Below are positions 28,198 through 40,502 of a stretch of 64,000 nucleotides of DNA, piece by piece (position 1 is the first letter of the stretch; the number at the start of each line of letters is the position of its first letter). The notes below the pieces were generated by a model. That model was not told the DNA's origin, ran no database searches, and saw nothing but the letters and a program-made list of their open reading frames with translations. Both the position numbers and the translations under genes were made by a program. The stretch lies in NCBI RefSeq assembly GCF_009914755.1, contig NC_060927.1; one strand, written 5' to 3'. Origin of the DNA: the human T2T-CHM13v2.0 reference genome, Homo sapiens.

Positions 28198-29089
28198 GTA
28201 AGTGGTTTCTTTTATGAAACAGTACTTTAGCAATATTATCATCATACATAGCATATAACTTCTTTTGAATTTTTAAATATACAAATAAAATTTATTCATT
28301 TTTGTTTAAAACTAAAACAGCATACTTTAGAAACTTAATTATTTATACCATAATTTGGGGAGGTTCCCTTGTACATTAAGTAAATGACCATATTAATTTT
28401 CAAATAAATGATTAAGGAAAAATTCAGTCTTCCTTTATTGGACTGAACCATAAACTGCTGGTTTATGGGTTGGGTGAATCTGTGTGTTTTACTCATAAAG
28501 ATGATGTGAAAATAAATTGATTTTTTGATTCTGTGTATCTTAAAGTAGCTCATGTATGCTTTTGTCTAAAGTTCTTCCAATGCACTTTATTTGCTGCAGA
28601 TGAAGCCATATATTTGCTTTAATTTTATTGTTATCAATTGTAAATTTCATATTTGTATCACAATTATTAGATAGTTAAACCCAATATAATATTTTCTCTA
28701 TTAGCAAGTTCATTTCTTGAAAACTAAAACTGAGACAAAATGATTCTGTAATAATGAAATCACACTTATGCTTTTCATAATATCTGAACGAGATTGAAAC
28801 TTAACAAATAACCTTTTAATACATCTGGAAATCTTAACTTGATAAATGTATGTGAATTTTCTCTATGTCTTATTGATTTGTTGATCAGATTTAGGTAACA
28901 AAATCGACCTCCAATTTTTCTGTTACTTCAGTTTCCCAATGCTTTAATTATTAACACTCACAACTTGATAAGTGACATTTTTACCTGATGTTCATTCTTA
29001 TTTTAAATATACATTGACCATGAATAAATTATTTTATTTTCTAAATATTAGAAATATTAGAAATGTTTAGAGTCAAAGTTATAGATCAG

Positions 29090-31368
29090 TGTATTAGTCC
29101 ATTCTCATGCTGCTATAAGGATATACCCAAGACTGGGTAATTCATAAAGGGAAGCGATTTAATTGAGTCGCAGTTCTGCGTGGCTGGAGAGGCCTTGGGA
29201 AACTTAACAATCACAGCAGAAGTGAAAGTAAACCCATCCTTCTTCACATGGTGGCAGCAGAGAGAAGTGCAGAGTGAAGGGAGGAAAAGCCCCTTATAAA
29301 AACGATCAGATCTCATGAGAACTCACTCGCTATCATGTGAACTGCGTGGGGGAAACACCGCCATGATTTACTCACCTCCCATGAGGTACCTCCCCCAACA
29401 TGTGGGGATTACAATTTGGATTACAATTCAAGATGAGATTTCGGATGGGGAAACAACCAATCATATTGTTCTGCCCTGGGCCCTCCCAAATTTCATGATC
29501 TCGCATTTCAAAACACAATCATGCCTTTCCAACTGTGCCCCAAAGTCTTAATTCATTCCAGGATTAACCCAAATGTCCAAGTCCAAAGTCTCATTTGTGG
29601 CAAGGCAAGTCCCTTCTGCCTATGAGTCTGTAAAATCAAAAGCAACTTAGTTACTTCCTTTAGACAATGGGGATACAGGCATTGGGTGAATACACCCATT
29701 TCAAATGGGAGACATTGGCCAAAACAAAGGGTCTACAGGCCCCATGCAAGTCTGAAATCCAATAGGGCAATTGTTAAACTTTAGAGTCCCCAAATGATCT
29801 CCTTTGACTCCATGTCTCACATCCAGGTCATGCTGATGCAAGAAGAGGGTTCCCAGGGTATTGGGCAGCTCTTCCCCTGTGGCTTTGTAGGGTACAGCCC
29901 CACTCCTGGCTGCTTTCATGGGCTGGCATTGAGTGTCTGCAGATTTTCCAGGCTCACAGTGCAAGCTGTCAGTGGATCTACCATTCTGGGGTCTGGAGGA
30001 TGTTGGCCCTCTTGTCACAGCTCCATTAGGCAGTGCCCCAGGGGGACTTTGTGTGGGAGCTTCAACCTTACATTACTCTCCCATACTGCCCTAGCAGAGG
30101 TTCTCCATGAGGGCTCTGCCCCTGTAGCAAACTTCTGCCTGAACATCCAGGCGTTTTCATACATCCTCTGAAATTTAGGCAGAAGTTCCCAAAACTCAAT
30201 TCTTGGCTTCTGCACACCCAAGGAAGGCACCAAGGCTTGGGCTTGCACCTTCTGAAGCAATGGCTCATACCTTGGCCTCTTTTAGCCACCGCTGGAGCTG
30301 AAGCAGCTGGGATGCTGGGCATCATGGCCTGTGGCTGTACAGAACAGGGGGCCCTGTGCCCAACCCAGGAAACCATTTTTTCCCTCCTAGGCCTCTGGGC
30401 CTGTGATAAGAGTGGCTGCAGTGAAGGTCTCTGACATGCCATGGAGACATTTTCCGCATTGTCTAGGTGATTAACATTCGGCTCCTTATTACTTATGCAA
30501 ATTTCTGCAGTCAGCTTGAATTTCTCCCCAGAAAACTGGTTTTTCTTTTCTGTTGCATCATCAGGCCAGAAATTTTCCAAACTTTTATGCTGTGCCTCCT
30601 CTCAAATGCTTTGTCACTTAGAAATTTCTTTTTCCAGGTACCCTAAATTATCTCTCTCAACTTCAAATTCTACACATCTCTAGGGCAGGGGCAAGATGTC
30701 ACAAGTCTCTTTGCTAAAGCATAGCAGGAGTCACCTTTGCTCCAGTTCACAACAAATTCCTCATCTCTATCTGAGAGCACCTCAGCCTGGACTTCTTTGT
30801 CCATATCACTATCAGCATTTTTGTCAAAGCCATTCAACAAGTCTCTAGGAAGTTCCAAACTTTCCCACATTTTCCTGTCTTCTTCTGAGTCCTGCAAACT
30901 GTTCCAACCTCTGCCTGTTACCCAGTTCCAAAGTCACTTCCACATTTTTGGGTATTCTTCTAGCAGTGCCCCACTACCTCCTGGTACCAATTTTCCATGT
31001 TAGTCCATTTTCACACTGCTATAAGGACATAACTGAGAATGGATAATTTATAAATGAAAGAGGTTAATTGATTATCAATTTTGTATGGCTGAGGAGGCCT
31101 CAGGAAACTTACAGTCTTGGTGAATAGGAATCAAATATGTTCTTCACATAGCAGCAGGACACAGGAGTGTAGAGCAAAAAGGGGAAAAGCCCCTTTCAAA
31201 ACCATCCGATCTTGCGAGAACTCACTCATTATCACAAGAACAGCATGGGGGAACCACCCTCATAATCTAGTCACCTCCCATGAGATCCCTTCCCCAACAG
31301 GCGGGGATTACAATTCAGGTTACAATTCAAGATGAGATTTTGGGTGGGGACACAGCCACACCTTATCA
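29090..31368 (-). mobile_element. THE1D-type MaLR element with both LTRs (29090-29468, ~30996-31368) and internal sequence
   Basis: Two LTR copies tgtattagtccattctcatgctgctataagg...gattacaattcaagatgagattt...; the internal part encodes the MaLR-int remnant KMWESLELPRDLLNGFDKNADSDMD; degenerate TSD atcag/gtcaa. Confidence 0.93.
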
Positions 31369-33349
31369 GTCAAATAAAATTAAGACTGTAACATTGCAAC
31401 ATCAGGATATTTGTTTCTATCTGTATCCATGGTCTTTCTCAAGCAAGTAATTCTATTTTTATAAATGAGACATAGTCATCTATTAATATACCTTTTTTAG
31501 ACGTTGATAACATTTTGAATGGCTTTACTGTAAATTTTTGAATGGCTTTACTGTAACAGAGAAAGTTTTCTTTCAGTTTTTAATCCTATATCTTTTTTCA
31601 ATTTAATATCTATATTTTCTTATGATTCATACTAAATTTTTCAAGTATAGAGTATATCTATACATTGTATGTACACAGTAAATTTAAAATACCAACATTC
31701 ACAAATAAAGTAGAAGCAATAGCTTTATTTATGCTCTGTTGATGTTGCTCAGGTTAAAGCTATCTTTCCAAATAGATTTTCTTTACATAAATGTTTTCTT
31801 AAAAAATCAATCTGGATTCAGTGCATTCATAGATTACTGAAAAAAATCATCTCCTAATAGTTAATTGTATATACTCCATTTCAGTACATTTGAAATATTA
31901 TTGCATACACATTTAATAAGTCATAAAATTATTTTTATAAAACTTAACTGAACAGGATATTACTTACATTTTAAAATTTACATGCAACAGCTTCCTGAAG
32001 TCTAGAATTTATCAATTCATGACTTGAGTAATATGGCAGTAAGATGAAAATTACAAGATTCTCCAGGCAATAATTAGTTTAGAAAACTTGAAATCTAGAG
32101 AGTTGACAATTCTAGATCCTTTCTCCTTATAACTGGGGCTGCTTTGGGGTATGCTACAGCTATACTCTAAGAAAGAGCTTCCAGGGCAGTCTTCCAAAGC
32201 ATGCTTTTTCATATTACTCAAGACTGAAAAATTACCTTGATCCTTAAATTTTCACTCGTTTTAAACAAAAGGTTCAAAAAAGGATGCCTGGCTAGGGTGG
32301 CACATGGAGATTTAATTATTCTGTGCTGAACTTTAAATTCCTAATCTGCTGGACAGCTTAGGAAATTGGTGGCATTGTCTCTGGAGATACAGGATTATAG
32401 TCACCTCATGACTAACTGTCCCTGTGACCTGTTTTGTTCCCATGGAATTATTGTTGGCAAATTGTTCTGCCATTTTCACACTTCCATTTTTAGAGAAGCA
32501 TAAAAGGAAGCACTGATGATTAGAAATGCATTTCATAATTAGATTTGTGTTAGTGTTGATTTGAACATATTCAAATAACACTTAAGTATCTCTATGTAAT
32601 AGTGACATAATGTAGATCAGCAGTTAGCTTAAGAAATTGCCTTGAGAGAGAAGGTTCATATAACACTAATATAGAGAGGCTAATGCACTTTCCCAATGAA
32701 GTTTGTTTTGGATTATTCGCAGGGATGACCTGGGTATTTGGAATAATAATTTACACTAAGAAAAGAAAGTATGGAAAATTCAAGTTAATGAACAATTGGC
32801 TTGTATTAGAGAGTAAGACAATTTTGTCATTCAGATTGTCCTCTAGTTCCCTGATGTATATTTGACTAAGGCCTAGAGAGAAGGAGCTACAAATATAAAG
32901 CAAGAAACAATGCCAAAAAAAAACCCTGTTTCATTACACTTTCTTTGGGGGCAGTAATACAGTGTTGTTGTTGATGAATGTAATAGTTTTGATAGACACA
33001 CTTTATGGAGGTGAAAGATTGGGCAGAGGCCTTGAATAGTATGCTGAGTACTGCATGTCAATAGTCTGACCAGCTAAAAACATCACAAAAAGTCAGTGTT
33101 AAAAAAGAAAACAATTATTAATTATCACATGTTCAACAAGAGACTTTGATTCTGAGCATTAGTGAGACATCCACCTAAGTTCTAAGAAATGGTTTGCAGG
33201 ACTGAAAGGGAGGTTGGGGTTCCCAACATGGAGAATAGGGATAGAACCAGAGAAAAACTGTAGTTATTGGTACCCATATTTTATTCCAATGATGACATGG
33301 TATAAAAAAAAAACAATATGAATGTATAGAGTTTTATGATAGGAACATA

Positions 33350-33500
33350 AGGAGCCTATATTTCAACTTTATGATTATATACAGGTAAGAATTTGAGTTT
33401 CTGAATAGTGAGGTGACTTATCTAAGGACAACAAGTTAGTAGCAGAGACAATGGAAGAAGGAAGGCCTTCAAATTCTCACTCTAGACCCTTTGTACTAAG
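33350..33500 (-). mobile_element. MIR SINE
   Basis: gtgaggtgacttatctaaggacaacaagttagtagcagag. Confidence 0.55.
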
Positions 33501-33539
33501 CTGTGTCTTATTTTTAGCACACATTCATACCTTTTGGTG

Positions 33540-33790
33540 GTATTATAGCTTAGCGTCTCAGAGCATAAAATTCTGAGTGAGATAGACATGGATCCTATCC
33601 AGGTGCTTTTCTTGAAAGCTGTGTACTTCTGGACAAATGACAATCATGCTGTGCCTCAATTTCCTCATCTATACTATCAAACTGAATACGATACCTGCCT
33701 AAAAGGGTTGTTTTAAGCATTAATGTAAATAGCATTAAAATAGAGTCCAACTTCATAAGTATTCAACAAAGTGTACTTACTTTATTTGTT
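33540..33790 (+). mobile_element. MIR SINE
   Basis: agctgtgtacttctggacaaatgacaatcatgctgtgcctcaatttcctcatctata...agggttgttttaagcattaa. Confidence 0.7.
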
Positions 33791-34272
33791 GCTATCTTAT
33801 TAGGGATTATGCCCAAAGTACTTTTCTTCAGATGTCAACATGTTTTCACGTAGCTTTAAAGAAATTTTGGAAACCTAGTGGTATATTAATTTTCCATATT
33901 AGGAAATGAAGTTTTGTGGATATAGTGTTGACTAATTTCATCTAGAAATATTCATGAGTCATTTGTGTTAAACTTATATTTAAAAAATATTCACTAGGGT
34001 CACACAGTTTAATAGCATCCTGCCATATGTTTCAATTTCATATTTAATAATGGACTGATAGACATATTAGAAAACCAAGAACCTAAAATATGGTTTGATC
34101 AAGCAATAAAATGAATGATTCTTATATCACTGATCTAGTATAAACAACTATCAGAACTCTGTAATAAGAAGGAAATTATTTTGTTTTTTGAATGATAAAA
34201 TGTTTTTTGAAGAATTTACATGATTCTAAGAAGAAAGAGACTATCTTAACTTTTAAAATTTGTTTTAAATGT

Positions 34273-34583
34273 TGCTATGAACTGAATGTTCGTATCTACC
34301 CAAAACTGATGTGTTTAAACCTAATTCTCAATGTTAGGATATTTGGAGGTAGGGCCTTTGGGAGGTGATTAGGTCATGAATGCAACAGTGCCATCTATGA
34401 ACAAGAAAGTGGCCCCTCACCAGACAACAGATTTGTCAGTGCTTTGATCCTGGGCTTGCCAGCCTCCAAAAGTGTGATTTAAAATAAATAAATAAACAAA
34501 TAAATAAATAAATAAATAATCTGTTGTTTATAAGCTACCCAGGCTATGGTATTTTGTTTTAGCAGTGCAAACAGACTAAGACA
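34273..34583 (+). mobile_element. MLT1A0-type solo LTR with an internal deletion and (AAAT)n expansion
   Basis: tgctatgaactgaatgtt...ggcctttgggaggtgattaggtcatga...gactaagaca; TSD aatgt/aacgt. Confidence 0.88.
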
Positions 34584-36549
34584 AACGTTTAGCTGAAAAC
34601 ATAGTTTAAACAAGAAAGATAATTACTATTTATGGAGCACAGTAGACAGTATTGAAAAGAGAGTCATCCGTACTAAAATTCCAAGCAATTTATCTCTAAT
34701 ATCTTATTTAGAATATCTAATAGCAAGTTTTTAAGATGCTATTATTAATTTGTATTTTATAAGTAAAGAAAGAAAGTCTTAGAGGGTTAGGTCAGTTGCT
34801 CAAGGTGAAAAATTCAGTTAATAAGTGGAGAATGCAAGACATATGTTGTTATGAATCTACAACTTTGCTCAGTCTATGAGGTCAAACAATATACTCATGC
34901 TGATAGTCTTACTATTGACACTTATTTGTAAAGTATGATTTGTGTTGCAAAGCACTTGTAATGTATAGGTGGTTATTTTATCTAGTACATCTTATCAAAG
35001 CCAGAAACAGATTTATAAGTAGTTGTATGCTATATTTAAAACATAAATTTCAAAACCTGAGTAAACTAGGTTGAATAGAGATTGTGTTTATTTTGAGAGT
35101 AATTTAAATTTTCTCTAATTTCTAAAAGAATTAGAAGCATTATAAGCAAGGAAAAATAGTATAAGTGAATATTAAACTCAGTGCTATTTTTCTATCAATG
35201 AATGTAAAAAAAGACTGAGTAATGTGGCTCACAATGTCTGTTATGAGGAAACACAGTTTATCAGAAATGAAAAATAAAAAATAAGAAAAGAAAGAAAACC
35301 ATGACATAAACCTAGTGTTGACCTTTAAGGGAAATTTACTAGCAGGCTGTATGTGTAAGACACGCTGAAGACCATAATGTATGATAGCCATAACATTATA
35401 TGACCTTTTTTTAGGTCAACCAATTATAAACCTTAAGACAAAATGTTAAATCCTAGCTCAGTGAAGGTGTTTCTATGAAAAGCAGAATAATAGAGTCAGG
35501 CTACCCAGCTTGCTGTCTGTCTGTTCTCTTCGAAAGGTAGAATTTTAGAGAATCTATAGAAATAAATGGTTATAATGTCCCTTAGGTCAGAGCTTTCAAA
35601 TATCAATTGTTAAGCTTTGACAGCAGCTGTATGAGACAAAATTTCAAGTTGAGAAGCCTGAGAGGTAAGTAAAAGTTGTTCAGAGTTTTGGATTGAAAGG
35701 ATCCTCATGCTCCGGAGAACTGGGATATAGGTTGTAAAATTCACATTTTGAAATGAAAATTAAGCAGTATGACTTAATCCAACCAGTGCGCACCTCTTCA
35801 TACAATAATTATTCTTTCTAGTTAAATGAAAGATTTATAAAAATGACAAAATCATTCTTTTTTTAGTGATTGAAAATTTAAAACTACTGCAAAGAAGCCT
35901 GTTTATGTTACCTCCAAGATTTTCATACCTCATGTATAACTTTATTGTGCTATATGAATACATTTTAGAAATCAAGTGCTTATTTAAAAAAATTGTTTTG
36001 ACTTTCTTAAAGCTGTAATTTTCATGTTATATAAAATATGTAGTTTGGTGGCATCAGGACATAAATAATTGTGTTTAATATCTATCTCTTTTTTAATTAC
36101 TTTTGGTAAAACTTTCTTTATGGGTTTTATATTGTGCCTACTATATTTTAAGCACCATGATAATCTATGGTAGGTTGTTTTTGAGGGTGATCTAGCTCTG
36201 ATTTCCTTCCTTCCACTCTCCCCCATGTTGGAAATGCATATATGGATGAATTCAACTGAAATTTTATTAACGAATATGGAGAGAAGTTCACTCTCATTGA
36301 TAAAATGACAAGCTAATGTGCAATAACACTCTTTTGCTGCAAAACCATTGCTTATGAATACTACTAATTAGAACTACAGTCATTGGCTATATAAAGAGAG
36401 ATGGTTGCAGTGTTTAAGTATTGACATCCATCTCTACCCATATGACCAGTTAGAGCTATAGAAATCAATTTAAATCAATTAGTATTAGAGAGTCTTCTGT
36501 GGGCAATGCATTATTATACCATACAATGTGAGGGATACAAAGATTCAAG

Positions 36550-36680
36550 TCCTTTGTTCAATAAATACTTATTTAGCTTCTACTGTATGTCAACTACTAT
36601 TCTAGGTACAAGAGACTCAAAGAGAAGGCAGTGAACAAAACAGATATAAAAATGCATTAGTCACAGCCTTCCCTTACAGA
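36550..36680 (-). mobile_element. L2 3' end
   Basis: ttcaataaatacttatttagcttctactgtatgtcaactactattctaggtac...gcagtgaacaaaacaga. Confidence 0.7.
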
Positions 36681-36682
36681 GG

Positions 36683-36685
<3 letters not shown>

Positions 36686-36731
<46 letters not shown>
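36686..36731. repeat. (TA)n microsatellite, about 23 units
   Basis: Uninterrupted TA run. Confidence 0.95.
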
Positions 36732-36736
<5 letters not shown>

Positions 36737-36822
36737 TTATATTTATTATATATATTTATATTATATTAAATATAATATATAAAATTTATATTATATTAAT
36801 TTATACATATAAATTTATATAG

Positions 36823-36995
36823 AGAAATTTGTCTTATCTGTACTATCTAATATAGTGTATGTATATATACATGTATATACATATACATACACTATATATA
36901 CATATACATACACTATATTAGTACAGGTAAGTACTATCTATATGTATGTACATATACATACACTATATTAGATAGTACAGATAAGACCAATTTCT
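36823..36995. repeat. Inverted repeat with 44-bp arms (36823-36866 / 36952-36995), one mismatch
   Basis: agaaatttgtcttatctgtactatctaatatagtgtatgtatat versus atatacatacactatattagatagtacagataagaccaatttct. Confidence 0.92.
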
Positions 36996-37376
36996 GAAAA
37001 CAATGCCAACGTCTTGTAAAGAGGCAAAATCCTTCAAAAGTTAACAGCAAAAATAGAATTGACCTTTTGGGTCTTGTCTTAGCCTTTAAAAATAGTTTTT
37101 TTAACCAGTAATCATTAAATATGCTCTTGATTGAATAAAAACAGCATCAAGCCTAAAGTGACCATTTTCATTTTCTGATTACGTAGTTTATAATACTATG
37201 TTTATAATACTATAGTTTATAATAGGGTTATTAGATGCCATTTGAAACATAGCCTTTAAATGATGCCTGTAGACAAGAACTAATCAACCAATAACCACTT
37301 GGAATGTTTCCATCTTCTGGATAAATTTCTTACCATGAATATTGATTTAAATTGAAACTTATATTGAGACTATTTA

Positions 37377-37703
<327 letters not shown>

Positions 37704-39013
37704 AAAAGTAACTCTGAAGAATTACCCAATTCTATAAAAGGAAATTCTGACTTTTTTTGTACTTCCATAAGAATTGATTGATCGCATACCTAATTCTTTC
37801 TAAAATGTATCAGAAAGTACCATACAGTACATGTTCACTGCACAAGGCAATGTACATGCATGTCTGTTTACATCATCAGAGGGCGCTACTGGAGGACAAG
37901 GGTGGACTTTACTTTCTTTGGGTCTCAAACAGCACCCAGCATCATGCTTAAGGCATTGTATAAGTGTGTGTTAAACAAATGCAGAACAATTAAACGAATT
38001 TTAATAAAACTGAGTGTCTTGAGATCAGCATGGTATCACATTTAAAAGAAACAAAAGGCTGACTCCAAAAGTATTCAAAATATAATGGGTCTTTGTGGAA
38101 GTTTCATGCCCTTGTTTCTCCATCCAAAATCACTCTCATCACTGTAGCTGCTTCATTTTCTATTTCCCTTTTGTTTTCTTCTGCTTTTCAAATTCCTGAC
38201 AGAATCCATATTCTGTAAACTGTTGCTCTTTTCTTGCCATTTCACTTTCACAGATTTGTCTTACCTTGTTTTAATCCATAGTCCTTCTGCACTACTTCAA
38301 TACCTTTAGCTTCCTGCTGTTCTCACTCTCTAAATTCTACAGGCATAACAAGGTTCAATTAATGCTGGCCCCGAGTCAAAAACCTCCTTCCTTTAGGCAA
38401 CTGGAGAGAGCCGATGAGTGAAATTGCTTAAAATCGTTTCTTGTCTTTGTTTTTACTTATATTAGTATCTGTCACACACAAAGGACTCACAGGTTGAAAA
38501 TGTCTGGTTCTTTGAGGAAAAAAAAAATAGGTAAAGGCATTTACTAAACACAGCACCTGCGGGTTCCTGTGAAAGAGGAGGCATAGTTGGTGGTCCATTA
38601 TATTGCAATGCCATAAACTCTAGCCAGTGTCTAGGTAGATTCTTGATACTCTGGCAAATAAGAGAGATGAAGATCGAAATAGAATTAGCAAGCTTAAGGA
38701 TCAAGCAAGAATGTCTTTCAAGGGCTGAAAATATTTGTTCTTTGTTTTCTTTGCCTCTTCTCTTTAGCCAGGGAGTGGATAGCCTCAATCCCCTGAGTGT
38801 CAAACCCCCTGATAGTACTGCAGTTCTTACTTATGCTCACCTCTCAAAGACTTTCATTCTGTATTTATTCTCTCAAGATATCTCTGTTAGGTTGTCTCTC
38901 TACTGAATTCTGCCCATCAATATTATGGGATGTATGTACAGCACTACTGTAGTATCTCTGATCTTGTAAAAAACCCTGTCTTAACCCTACATTTTCCTTA
39001 AACTATTGCCCCA

Positions 39014-39370
39014 TGATATGGTTTGGTCTGTGTCCCAAACCATATCTTGTGTTGAATTGTAATCCCCAGTGTTGAGGGAGGAAACTGGTGGGAGGTGATT
39101 GAATCATGGGGGGAATATCCCCATTGCTGTTCTCATGATAGTGAGTTCTTACAAGATCTGGTTGTGTAAAAGTCTGTAGCCCTTCCCACTCTCTGTTGTG
39201 AAGATGTGCTTGCTTCCCCTTTGTCCTTCTGCAATGACTAAGTTTCCTGAGGCTTTCCAGCCATGTTTCCTGTACAGTATGTGGAACTGTGGTTCAATTA
39301 AACCTCTTTTCTTCATAAATTACCCAGTCTCAGGTAGTTCTTTATAGCAATGTGAGAACGGACTAATACA
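39014..39370 (+). mobile_element. MSTA solo LTR
   Basis: tgatatggtttggtctgtgtccc...tacccagtctcaggtagttctttatagcaatgtgagaacggactaataca; TSD CCCCA (39009-39013 / 39371-39375). Confidence 0.92.
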
Positions 39371-39537
39371 CCCCATTTTTCTGTTCTCCCACTTAGCAAA
39401 ATGACCTCAAAGATTTGGGAGGATCAGTCACTCTTAACTTCTTTATTTACTACCTCACTGGAATTTTCTTCTAATTCGCCTTGCTTGACTTCTCCTCCTT
39501 AACTCTAAAAGTTGAAATAAATCAAAGCTTTATCCTG

Positions 39538-40502
39538 TGTAGGGTCCAGCCCTACGGGGCTTAGCGGGTGTTCTCCCCGTGTGCAAAGACTAGAGATGGT
39601 AATAAATAAAGACACAAGACAAAGAGATAAAGAGAAAACAGCTGGGCCCCGGGGACCACTACCATCAAGATGCGGAGACCAGTAGTGGCCCCGAACAGCT
39701 GGGCCTGCTGATATTTATTGCATAAAGACAAGGGGGCAGGGTGAGGAGGGTGAATCTTCTAAGTGATTGACAAGGTGAAGCAAGTCACCTGATTACCGGA
39801 TAGGGGGCCCTTCCCTTTTAGGTAGCCAAGGTAGAGAGAGAAGGCAGCATACATCAGCATTTTCTTCTCTGAACTTATAAGAAAGATCAAAGACTTTTAA
39901 GACTTTCACTGTTTCTTCTACTGCTGTCTACTACGAACTTCAAAGAGGAACCAGGAGTACGGGAGGAGCATGAAAGCGGACAAGGAGTGTGATCATTGAA
40001 GCACAGCATCACAGGGAGGGTTTTAGGCCTCCAGATGACTGCGGGCAGGCCTGGATAATATCCAGCCTTCCACAAGAAGCTGGTGGAGCAGAGTGTTCCC
40101 CAACTCCTCCAAGGAAAGGAGACTCCCTTTCGCGGTCTGCTAAGTAATGGGTGCCTTCCCCGACACTGGTGGTACCGCTTGACCAAGGAGCCCTCAAGTG
40201 GCCTTTTGCGGGTGTGACAGAAGGCTCACCTCTTGTCTTCTAGGTCACTTCTCACAATGTCCTTTCAGCACCTGACCCTATACCCGCCGGTTATTCCTAG
40301 GTTATATTAGTAATGCAACAAAGAGTAATATTAAAAGCTAATGATTAATAATGTCTATAATAATGATTGATAATTCTTCATGATCATCTCTATATCTAAT
40401 TTGTATTATGACTATTCTTATTCTAACTATTTTCTTTATTATACTGAAACAGTTTGTGCCTTCAGTCTCTTGCCTCGGCACCTAGGTAATCCTCTGCCCA
40501 CA
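39538..40502 (-). mobile_element. LTR13A (ERVK-class) solo LTR
   Basis: tgtagggtccagccctacggggcttagcgggtgttctcccc...tgcctcggcacctaggtaatcctctgcccaca; 965 bp; 6-bp TSD ATCCTG (39532-39537 / 40503-40508). Confidence 0.93.

Noticed and set aside
30068-30897. Longest ORFs (170 aa and 75 aa, minus strand)
   Set aside because: They lie within the THE1 internal sequence and are frameshifted remnants of the MaLR internal ORF.
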